Shown here in pieces: positions 19,514 to 29,710 of a stretch of 37,299 bases of DNA. This stretch comes from Stramenopiles sp. TOSAG23-2 (Eukaryota), in the NCBI GenBank assembly GCA_900128395.1, contig LT649328.1:1-37299 (forward strand), given 5' to 3'. The first letter of the stretch is position 1, and the number at the start of each line of letters is the position of its first letter. The notes below the pieces were generated by a model. It did no database searches. It worked only from the letters and a program-made list of their open reading frames with translations, and was not told the DNA's origin. The translations under genes were made by a program, and so were the position numbers.

Positions 19514-20545
19514 TTAATGATTTAAATCACCATTACCTGGTCCTACCTCTCTACCATTTTCATCATGATAATTTGCTTTTCCACCTTTTGAACGTATAAG
19601 TGCAATGATCTCTAGTCGAATTGGACTATCATTATATTTATATGCCCGGTATGCATAGTCCAGGGGAGTCTCTCCCCCATCGTCGTTGTCTTCGTCTTCA
19701 CTCTCGTCTTCCCACATGACTTCCGACATATCCATATAGGCCTTCTGATTAATACTATCAATCGACATATGATTTAATAATAATTGAATTAAATCAGTAT
19801 TCTCATCATCACTACGCCTCGTATTCACTGCAAAATGTAATGCATTACTTTTAAGGCTACGACATGCAATATTCGGATCAGCTCCACCTTGTTCAATTAA
19901 GTATTGAACTATGTGGAAATGTTCGTACATTGCAGCTATCATTAAAGGTGTATATCCAAAAATACCCCGACTATCTGCGCCTTCTTGATTCACCATATTA
20001 TTCCACGTCTCTCCATGCCTCACACGAAAAGGATGAAGATTTGCAAATAACTGTACGTCATCCATACGACCGTGTTCACATGCACATATGAAAGGTGTTG
20101 GTAATTTACGCACGATTCCTTGTTCGTTATAGTCTTCTTCGTCTGTTTCGTCTAGCTCACCCAATGGAAACTCTTCTAGATATCTTTCAATTAATAAAGA
20201 GCGTCTCTTTGCTGCATGTGCATGTATCATCTCATTTATACTTCTTCTACCTTGAAAATCAACGCTCAATGCTTCATCACGTACGCGTTCAAAATCATCA
20301 CATTTAAATGCTTTTCTACATTGCTGGATCAAAGAAGATAATTTCACATTACATAATGATCCAACATCTAAATATTGAAATATATTTGTCAATATCCCAC
20401 ATGCGGATTCAAAACCAGCTGGTAAAACTAGTGTACCAATTTCAATAGGTTCTGCACGTGATTCTTCTAACGCTTCAATCGTTGCTGGTTTTAATGTAGC
20501 ACGTTGTCTTTTCGCAAGTGGTGCATTCGTAGTCATGGATGCCAT
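19514..20545 (-). CDS. Ankyrin-repeat protein with an N-terminal F-box-like motif
   Basis: Ankyrin starts TPFICAC, GYTPLMIAA...GADPN, NALHFA and GETPLDYA. ILTNIFQYLDVGSLCNV resembles the F-box core. Confidence 0.85.
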   Translation of the reverse strand: MASMTTNAPLAKRQRATLKPATIEALEESRAEPIEIGTLVLPAGFESACGILTNIFQYLDVGSLCNVKLSSLIQQCRKAFKCDDFERVRDEALSVDFQGRRSINEMIHAHAAKRRSLLIERYLEEFPLGELDETDEEDYNEQGIVRKLPTPFICACEHGRMDDVQLFANLHPFRVRHGETWNNMVNQEGADSRGIFGYTPLMIAAMYEHFHIVQYLIEQGGADPNIACRSLKSNALHFAVNTRRSDDENTDLIQLLLNHMSIDSINQKAYMDMSEVMWEDESEDEDNDDGGETPLDYAYRAYKYNDSPIRLEIIALIRSKGGKANYHDENGREVGPGNGDLNH

Positions 20546-20832
20546 GCTGTAGATATATATATATAAATACAGTCTCTCTTTATACTTTTATTATATTTAT
20601 TCACACACACATGTTATATTTATTATTCACAATTGCACACCACCCCCCGCTATTCATTCATTTATTTTTTTTCAATAAAAAATATTATAATATATAATAA
20701 GATTTGTTGCCGTAAATATTATAATATACACAGGTATAATTGAAATAATAATATATATATAGGAAAGAAACAACAGAAAAATATGAAAAACAAGAAAAAA
20801 TAGTATTTATTCAAATTCATACAGATCATTCC

Positions 20833-23470
20833 ATGATGTTTAAGAATAAGATCATCTTACGCGCATTACTTCAAATATGGTGGTTTGCTTTATCTTTATG
20901 TTTAGCAAATAATAATAATATAAATAATAATAATATTGATAATAAGAGCATTCCATCAATAATACCACATGATTGGGTGAAACGATATGAACTGGGACAT
21001 TTAACATTTAGCAATACATTACCAAAGCTTCCACCATATATTGGTAATGGTTACATAGCCACGCACCCATTGCATAGCAATCCAATGCAAAGTCAAACCA
21101 TTTATATTTCTGGTGTTTTCAATGGCGTTGCAGTCTATGGCAATTGCACCGTTCCTAAAACAAATTGTATAAAGCCACACCGAGCTACAATACCTAAACA
21201 TAGAATTGAATTCAAACCAACAAAATCTAATAACGAGAAACTTATTGGTTTTGCATTAGATATGGAAAAAGGAATATTTACTCAACGACGTGAAATCAAA
21301 GTTGATAATGAAAATAATTTAAACTGCCAAATCGATGCTATATATTACGCACATGCTACACTTCCAAATGCATTAATTCATCAAGTTACATTTACAAATA
21401 TGGACAAAGAACATGATATTGATATATCAAATATTATTGAAAATCAATTTGAATTTAATATTGGTAAAGATGGTGGTGATTTTAATTGGGATATTAATGG
21501 AACGAGTAATATTAGTAACAATATATATAATATGCATGGGACAGTAAAAAACATGGAGTTACCAGATGAAAAGTTTACTTCCATAGCAACAGCAACATTA
21601 ATGAAACCAGTGTTGGAACAACAATCATCATCTGATGAAATTATTGTAAAACCAAATCAAACATATACCATTTTTTTTCCATCGATTTTTTGTACATCGC
21701 TTGATATTGACGATCATGATGATAATGAGGGAAACAAACAACAACAATTATTTGAAGATGCATTACAATGTGCAAATGGAAAATTGGAGGAAATCATGGC
21801 AATGGACATCCACACGATATATAGCTCTCATACCAATGCGTGGATTGATACAATGGATAATGGAAGAATTGAAATAATAGGTGATTTAGATCTTGCACAA
21901 TCCATCAATGCATCCGTGTATTATATTTTATCATCAATACGTTCCGATTGGCCACAAGGTCTCAGTCCTGGAGGATTAGCATCTGATGGTTATGAAGGAC
22001 AGTAAGTAAAATTCTATTCCCATGAACTTACAGTATAGATATCCCCTCTAACACATACGCTACGCTCCACAGTTCTTTCTGGGACATGGAAACATGGATG
22101 TATCCTCCATTATTGATGTTGCAACCAAAAATAGCAAAATCATGTTTACAATACCGAATCTTACGTAAAGAAAAGGCAAAAGATAAAGCAGCGCGTTATG
22201 GTTTCGAAGGTTATATGTTTCCATGGGAAAGCGCCCATAGTGGTGAAGAAACTTGTGGAACATCTTATGGGCAAGTCTCCGTATGGGGTGCAGAAGAACA
22301 TCATATAACAGGAGATATATCATTTGCTGCACAACAATATTTCCAATTAACAGGCGATATTGCATTTTTAAAATCTGATTTATATGATTTATTTTCAAAC
22401 ATAGCAGATTATTGGTGTTCACATGCTACTTTTAATGAAACTAATAATAAATATCATATTTTAAATGTGATGGGACCAGATGAATACCACCATCCTGTGA
22501 ATGATTCAACATATACAAATGTGATAGCACAAATGAGTTTACTAAATGCAATAAAAGCATCGAAAATTTTGAATGTACCTAGTAAAAAAAAATGGATAGA
22601 TGTACAAGAAAATATGTACATACCATTTGATAAGATTCGACAAATACATCCTGAATATGATGGATATGAGGGTACGACTAATGTCAAACAAGCTGATACG
22701 ATTTTATTAAATTTTCCATTACAATTTCAATATCGAAATAATCAAATTTTAGAAAATGATTTACTTTATTACATGAATCGTACCGATCCAACTGGTCCAG
22801 TAAGTAAATTTTATTTCCCTGAATCCATAGTAGTATATATATATATATGCGTGTGTATATTTTTGCTAACATGTAACATCACGCGTTCATTTATATGAAT
22901 GCTGATGTATCCTCTCTAATAAAATAGGCGATGACATGGGCTATGTTTGCTATTGGTAGTCTCGATGCGGGTAGTAAATATGAACAACAAGCATTAGCAT
23001 TTTTTAAACGTGGTTATGCAAATCAACAAGCGCCATTTAAAGTCTGGACGGAAACACCAACTGGTGGAACAGTAAATTTTATAACTGGTGCTGGAGGATT
23101 TTTGCAATCTGTAATAAATGGTTATTGTGGATTAAGATTAAATGATGATTCGTTATACGTAAAACCTTATAACATTCCAGTTAAAAACATGATTTTGCAT
23201 AACATTCATTATCAAGGTTTTAAATTAGTTTTTAATGTATCAAATGAAGAGTATTTTACTGTGCGTGTAAGCGGTTATGATGAAGATCATCTAGTAGATA
23301 CTCGTATATATAATAGTACTAGTCGTCATGATGATGGATTAATTATAACGGATGAAACAAGTGGAAAAGTTTATGATTTAAATATTGGTGAAAAAGCCAT
23401 TCAATTAAATTGTTGTGGGGGTGAACATGTTGATAATAGCTATACAATAACACGTAATGTGGGGTTGTAA
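20833..23470 (+). CDS. Secreted GH65 glycoside hydrolase (PGGHG/ATHL1, acid trehalase-like). Exons 20833-22001, 22073-22799, 22928-23470; 812 aa.
   Basis: Splicing restores GLSPGGL...YEGHSFWDMETW and GPAMTW. Also MFPWES, EHHITGD, GPDEYH, KQAD, NFITGAGGFLQ and an N-terminal signal peptide. Confidence 0.92.
22002..22072 (+). other. Spliceosomal intron 1 (71 nt, phase 2)
   Basis: GTAAGT...CTAAC (22048-22052)...CAG. Removal gives CA|T TCT TTC TGG GAC = HSFWD. Confidence 0.93.
22800..22927 (+). other. Spliceosomal intron 2 (128 nt, phase 0)
   Basis: GTAAGT...TAG. Removal gives GGT CCA|GCG ATG ACA TGG = GPAMTW. Confidence 0.92.
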
Positions 23471-23683
23471 AAATATTTTTATTTGACACCGATATTTTTT
23501 TATGATATTCGTAGTTTTGCTTTAATAAAACCACATACAAAGTCGTACGAGTACATCAATATGATGGGACGTGTTTTTAAAAATAAATTTTTACTAAAAA
23601 GCGCGTGTTTAATACTCGTTTTTTTTATATTATATAATATATATAAATACTCGTAATATTTTAATTTTAATATTTTAATTCAA

Positions 23684-23794
23684 TCACCCTCCGAGACTGT
23701 AAACAAATTATTACCGACTTCGTATTATATATAAATAAATAATATAATACCAGTATTAATATTCCATATTCACCCTCCGAGATGTAAAACAAAA
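23684..23794. repeat. Short direct repeat pair TCACCCTCCGAGA(C)TGTAAA
   Basis: A 13-bp identical core at 23684-23696 and 23770-23782 with similar 3' extensions. Confidence 0.75.
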
Positions 23795-24785
23795 TTGATG
23801 AACATCATAATTAAAATATTAAAAAAAAAAGTAAACACACACACATCTATTTTACTTCATCCGGTAAATATATCTACTTTTGGGTGCTTACAGGTGTGAG
23901 TTATTGGACACATTTTGTGAGTTCCCTGTGAGATATATATATATATATATCCACACGGAGCGGTGGAGCCTAGTTGAATAAATAGCATGGAATAGCATTA
24001 GGTTTCTAAAATGAAGTGGATACCTAAAATTTGAAATTATTTTTTGATTAAAACAGGGGGAAAGAGATGGTCGTCATAAATATACAAAAAACAAAAACAT
24101 GTAAACGATATTGTTGGCGATATGGAAGAATTTTCTGATTTTTGCATATTCATATTTTTAATATAAATATATATATATATATATATGATATACAAACGAT
24201 AATAATATATATAAAATGCGTATATATATATATATAGTGTGTGTGGGCAGATATACTGTATATACGGAAATATATGGACGGTATATTTAATTGCAGACGA
24301 TGTAAATGTTTCTATTCTATTGTATTATCTATATATATATCTATTTATCAATGTATAAATGAAATGAATAGATATTAAATATATAATGTTGGATATAACG
24401 ATTTACGATGTTAATAGACAAAATATATGATGTTAATAGATAAATATTCTTTAAACATGCAAGTGCAATGTGCGTGTTATACGTGTAATCTATTTTGATT
24501 CAAATATACTATGTTACATATATATATATATATATGTTTGTACCGATCCTTGTGATGTGACATTGTTTATCTATAAATCTATCATATTTTTACACATGTG
24601 TGCATAATATTATATATTTTTGATTAATTATTTTTAAATTATCATCGGCGATGGCATCGTAATGGTATTGCCCTGTACAAATACTGTAAAAAGATAGATT
24701 AATCTCTTCCCATTCGTTTTTATAGCGTATTTCACTTCAATCCTATCATGTATTCCTTGTGAAATAAGACGGATGAAGTATGGAA

Positions 24786-24910
24786 ACCTCCCCAAAATAG
24801 TGGGGTTCCAATAAGTATAGATTTAGTATACTATAGATATATATATATAGGACAATACAAAAGTTCTTATTGCTGCTGAACGAGATACTGCACATTGGCC
24901 ATTTTTGGAT
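24786..24910. mobile_element. Solo end of the 17.2-17.5 kb repeat family
   Basis: ATAAGTATAGATTTAGTATAC at 24811-24831. The preceding CAAAATAGTGGGGTTC is shared with 17219-17234. ATTGGCCATTTTTGGAT (24894-24910) matches the reverse complement of 17336-17352 at 16 of 17. Confidence 0.75.
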
Positions 24911-25360
24911 CTTAATCTGTACAGCAACTGCATTAAGTAGCATAAAACCTCAAAGAAGAATGAAAAAAAATTTGAAACATTAATTTCTAGTGCTATTACT
25001 GTGGTATTAATATCAATACTGTTTAGTTTTAATTTTTATTAAGGTGTATAACACACTTATTTTAGTCATGAGTACAGAGATATATGTACACACATGTACA
25101 TGTATCTTTGAGTACAAAGTAAAATAAAATATTTACAGTATGCAGCTTGGTAGATACAACAGTAAAAAATATAAATAAACTGATATGGTTAAAAAATATA
25201 TTATAAAATATACAAGTTGTATTTACAAGGTTGAACTTTTTAGCAACCTTACTTAATCAAAAATTTTAATTTTTTGTTTGATTTTTAAAAGAAACAAAAA
25301 ATATACTTTAACTTTCCTCGTCATGTGTACAACATCGTGTGTATTATTTCTTTTTTTTTT

Positions 25361-28186
25361 TTATTGGTTATACCCTTTACTTCTCCATTTCACTGCATCT
25401 CTTAAACTATTATCAATACGACTTGCAACTAATTTGATTTTTTCTGTGGATAATTCTATCACGCCATTTTTTGCTTGGCGTGTAAACTTTGCTTCTACTC
25501 TTGCGACAGCATTGCGTACTGTGGTTAAACCTTTTTTTCCAATCATTGTAATTAAAGCTTCGCGTATAAATGGATGAGTATCATTTAAATCTGTACTATC
25601 TTCATGTTCATCAATTGATAATAAAATTTGAACAATTGCTAACATTGCAGTTGATAAACTATCTTTGACTAAATTTGGAATATGTGTTGATAATAATAAA
25701 ATAGCTTCCCATGCATCTAAACTATATGCTAAACCAACGCACTTATGTAAAATGTGAAATGCTAAATCATAATATTGTAGACGGCAAAAAAGATATCCAA
25801 GTTTTAAATATTTATATGCTTGTTTTTCTTCTTTGGTACCATGTTTCGGTTTTTTATCAACGCATATACCACGTGTCAATGCAGTTTCTCCACTTTCATC
25901 ATCTACATCATGCTCCTCATTAGATGAATCATCATTTGGTTGAGATGAACCATTTGAATCATCGTCAGAGGAGGAGGAGGAGGAGGAAGAAGAAGAATTC
26001 TCTGAATCAGAGGATGATTCCTGGGCGTCATCGTCGTCATCATTTGACATGTTGTTATTAGTACTATTATTATTATCATTATTATTACCTTCTTCTTTTT
26101 CTATTACTACAACTTCCTCTTTTTGTTTTTCTTCTTCTTCTTCTGTTTGATGCTGAATTTTTACTACAGTTTCGTCTGTGACAATATCATTTTTTGTTTC
26201 ATCATCATCATTATTATTATTAGTATTGCTATCGTTTCCATTATTTTCTTCTTCTACTTGTTCATTATCTTCCATTTCACTATTACTATTATTTTCAATA
26301 TCATCAGTTTCTTCTTCGTCATAATTTTGAAGTAAATCATCATGATCTTCATGTATCCACACAGCAAATGCATGGACATCTTTATATAAAATTCCAATTA
26401 ACGCATCCAATGTTGGTTGGCATGGTCGCGGCCTACCAGTATAAAGGATTGTTGGTTCTGCACCTTCGTATAAATGACGTTCTAATGATAAACCATTATC
26501 ATCGTTTGTTTCTTCTTCCTCATCTTCATCTCCATTTTCATTATTATTAATATTATTATTCATGTCAATAGTAGTACTACTATTATTATCATCATTTTTT
26601 AATGGACTTGAAGTCGTAGTCGTCGTTGATATTGCTTCTTCATCATTATCATCTCCATCATTTTCTTCAATTGCTAATCCACCTATATCAATTTCAACAA
26701 CTTCTTCTTCCTCTTCCTCTTTTGGATTCTCCATTCCCATTTCTTCTTCCTTGTTTTTCACAACATCAACATCTGTAATAAAAACACTATTACGTAGATT
26801 TAAAAATCCATTCCATCCGATCGCACTTTCAATGATAACTAATAGATCATATGCAGCAAAATTTAAACTGACAAAATTATCAATTGAAAATCGTTTTCTC
26901 CATTTACCATCTAAACCACCTTGTGAGGAAAACGCAAAGTCAAATGTCCAACTAGATAATGCTAATTGAGATGGATCCTTTTGTAACACTTGAGCTGCAC
27001 GGTCACTATAACGTAATGGTGCTGTATTTAATGCTATTAAGCCATTTGGAAAATCACCTGATAATATATATGCTTTTGCTAATAATATCCATGCCGAATA
27101 TGTATATGGTTGCAAGGTGACTAATTTTTTACCAATTAAAATAGCATATTCCAATTTCTTTCTTTTCTTTCCATCATTTCCTTTCTCATCATCGTCGCCA
27201 TTGCCTTCCTCTCCATTAGTACCACCAATTATATCTAACTCATGATTTACATCATTTAACAATAACATCATTTGTGCAGCTAATATGGAACTGTATAATG
27301 GATCATTTGCATCGTTTTGGGATAAAATTGCACATAATAAATTCATACCACGTTTCAATTCACCCATTGCTTCACATAATGCAGCAATATAAACGACAAC
27401 TAATGGAAATTTCAATACTAATGAGCTGAAAAATTCTACACAATCCCCATATTGACCACGGCCAATCATTATCAAATATATATGTATACAAAGCCTTCCC
27501 GCCGCTGGCAATTCGCCAAGTCTATTGTTTAAATGAATAGATGGTGAACCTAATATTTTACTATCTTGAAACAATGGTATTACATCTTGTAAAAACGATT
27601 GCATTTTATCTCTATCCGCTACTGGGTTAAATGTACGAAATGGCATATTATGAATTTCTCTTGGTATTCGACTAACAATAGTTTTTTTCCGAAACAATGA
27701 CATACCTCTTAATATAGAGGATACGCGGCATTCTTTCCATATTTGTTCATCCGGTGGATATGTTTTTGGTGCATCTGCATCGATAACATACACACGTGTT
27801 TTTCCAGGAACTTTAAATTCAACTCTTAAATCAACATGTCGAAACGCGTTCCATATACAAAATGTACCAGATGAAATAGTACGTGCCATACCACCCTCCC
27901 ATAATGTCGTTGTTTCTTGTCGTTGAATCAAATCATAAAAATATGCTGCAACAGCAGCAACGGAGCCAACATCAGCACCAGAGACGAAATGATATGCACC
28001 AGTAGGACCACCTCCAGCGACATCAGATAATCTTCCAATAAATGAATTTTTTCTACCGACTTTTACTACGGTACATAAATCATGTGGACCAAGTGTCCCC
28101 GGATTTTTAAATGTATTTTGTCGTTGAACACGTACACGCAATGCATCCCCTTGTGTAATTTCAATAATTTCTGGTACCCCTCTCAT
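25361..28186 (-). CDS. ChAPs (Chs5p-Arf1p-binding; Bud7/Bch1/Chs6 family) exomer cargo adaptor
   Basis: N-terminal LGPHDLCTVVK...GAYHFVSGADVGSVAAVAAY...FCIWNAF...DLRVEFKVPG, TPR segment AWILLAKAYI...LIALNTAP, AAYDLLV...IGWNGFLNLRNSVF, and long acidic insertions. Confidence 0.85.
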   Translation of the reverse strand: MRGVPEIIEITQGDALRVRVQRQNTFKNPGTLGPHDLCTVVKVGRKNSFIGRLSDVAGGGPTGAYHFVSGADVGSVAAVAAYFYDLIQRQETTTLWEGGMARTISSGTFCIWNAFRHVDLRVEFKVPGKTRVYVIDADAPKTYPPDEQIWKECRVSSILRGMSLFRKKTIVSRIPREIHNMPFRTFNPVADRDKMQSFLQDVIPLFQDSKILGSPSIHLNNRLGELPAAGRLCIHIYLIMIGRGQYGDCVEFFSSLVLKFPLVVVYIAALCEAMGELKRGMNLLCAILSQNDANDPLYSSILAAQMMLLLNDVNHELDIIGGTNGEEGNGDDDEKGNDGKKRKKLEYAILIGKKLVTLQPYTYSAWILLAKAYILSGDFPNGLIALNTAPLRYSDRAAQVLQKDPSQLALSSWTFDFAFSSQGGLDGKWRKRFSIDNFVSLNFAAYDLLVIIESAIGWNGFLNLRNSVFITDVDVVKNKEEEMGMENPKEEEEEEVVEIDIGGLAIEENDGDDNDEEAISTTTTTSSPLKNDDNNSSTTIDMNNNINNNENGDEDEEEETNDDNGLSLERHLYEGAEPTILYTGRPRPCQPTLDALIGILYKDVHAFAVWIHEDHDDLLQNYDEEETDDIENNSNSEMEDNEQVEEENNGNDSNTNNNNDDDETKNDIVTDETVVKIQHQTEEEEEKQKEEVVVIEKEEGNNNDNNNSTNNNMSNDDDDDAQESSSDSENSSSSSSSSSSDDDSNGSSQPNDDSSNEEHDVDDESGETALTRGICVDKKPKHGTKEEKQAYKYLKLGYLFCRLQYYDLAFHILHKCVGLAYSLDAWEAILLLSTHIPNLVKDSLSTAMLAIVQILLSIDEHEDSTDLNDTHPFIREALITMIGKKGLTTVRNAVARVEAKFTRQAKNGVIELSTEKIKLVASRIDNSLRDAVKWRSKGYNQ

Positions 28187-28704
28187 CTTATTATCAAACC
28201 GTTAAACTATTATGTATTATATTATATTGATGTTATTTGTAACGTCTTAATTTCAAATTACATATATTATTAATGATATTTATTTTTATATTATTAATTA
28301 TTTGAATATTCTAATTTGTATCCACTATGAAGTCACAGAGAGAGACAGAGAGGGGGGGAGCAAAACAAAAAGCAAATGTATATATATACGGATTATCAAT
28401 CAAGGTTGTTAAAGAATAGATTGAAAATCTTCGAGGATAGCATATGTCATAAAAACGTTTGTTTGAATATTTTGTATTATGTGATTTGGATCTAATCAAT
28501 CTATATTCAAAAGGCAACCAAAATTCAAAAAAATGTTTTGTGTATATCTTCAATCATTCAGTCTACTATAATAGATAAAATATAAAACACAATATGACAG
28601 ACAACGTATATAGACTCAATAACACACACAAAAAAAAGAAATATTGATAACGGGGAAATTACATATAATTCAATAAAGCAAACATTTTATTACAACGAAA
28701 AATT

Positions 28705-29487
28705 ATGTTTAAAAAACGAAAAAGAAAACGTACAAATTTAAGAAAAAAAATTGAACATAATGAAGAAGATAATAATAATTATAATAAAAATAGTGATGAT
28801 AATGAGGATAATGTAGATTTATTAAAAATCTATACGGGAAAGAATAATAATAATAGTATGATAATGAATAAGAAAGGAATCAATGCATCGACCGCGGGGA
28901 GTAAAAAATTAAAACATGGACTAGGTTTAGATATGAAATCAAACTGGAACAACAACGACAACAATAATAACAATAATAGTGAGGACGACGATAATAATCA
29001 TGTAACAAATAATAATAGTAATAAATTTGAACCAGAATTAAACACAACAAAAGAAGCAAAAAAACCAAAAATATTATCTAAATTTGGTCCAATGTCCGCA
29101 CCAAAAAATGTTAGAGTCACGACAATAATTGATTACCAACAAGACGTATGTAAAGATTTTAAAGAAACAGGGTTTTGTGGTTTTGGAGATACATGTATAT
29201 ATTTACACGATCGAGAAAGTTTTTCTAAAAAAGTAGTTCCACGAGATCGTGAATGGGAAGTTTTAGGTGGCAAAACCAAAAAGAAAAAAACTACAATATT
29301 ATTTGGTGGAAATGCATCATCACTTCGAGCTACTAGTAATCCGCACATGGCTGCTGCAGCTGCTGTGAAAGAAAAAAATGATGGAAACGATGGTGGTGGT
29401 GGTGGTGATGATGCAGAAAAAGATAAGATGAACACAACAAAGATAAAAAGTAAAAGTCGATATAAAAGTGTTTATCGAGAGGATTGA
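28705..29487 (+). CDS. CWC24: Cwc24/RNF113A-like CCCH zinc-finger splicing factor (no RING domain)
   Basis: [43 protein letters not shown] is the Cwc24 signature; N-terminal MFKKR. Confidence 0.8.
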   Translation: MFKKRKRKRTNLRKKIEHNEEDNNNYNKNSDDNEDNVDLLKIYTGKNNNNSMIMNKKGINASTAGSKKLKHGLGLDMKSNWNNNDNNNNNNSEDDDNNHVTNNNSNKFEPELNTTKEAKKPKILSKFGPMSAPKNVRVTTIIDYQQDVCKDFKETGFCGFGDTCIYLHDRESFSKKVVPRDREWEVLGGKTKKKKTTILFGGNASSLRATSNPHMAAAAAVKEKNDGNDGGGGGDDAEKDKMNTTKIKSKSRYKSVYRED

Positions 29488-29710
29488 TTGAAATAGACTA
29501 TGATATTGGAAAATTGATACGAGCATTTTAGCATTTTTAAATTTTTTATAAGAAAAAACACCCAGAGAAGAGCAGCAGTGTTTTAATTACGACACACGTA
29601 ATATAAAAAAAGAGTATATATAGAAAAAATCTACCAAGACAAAGTATTTTAATTTTACCAAAACATTCGTAAATTATTCGTATAATAAAATACGACATGC
29701 ACCCCCTTTA

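Noticed and set aside
20833..23470. Three separate GH65 ORFs or a pseudogene
   Set aside because: Two canonical GT-AG introns join them in frame and restore conserved motifs.
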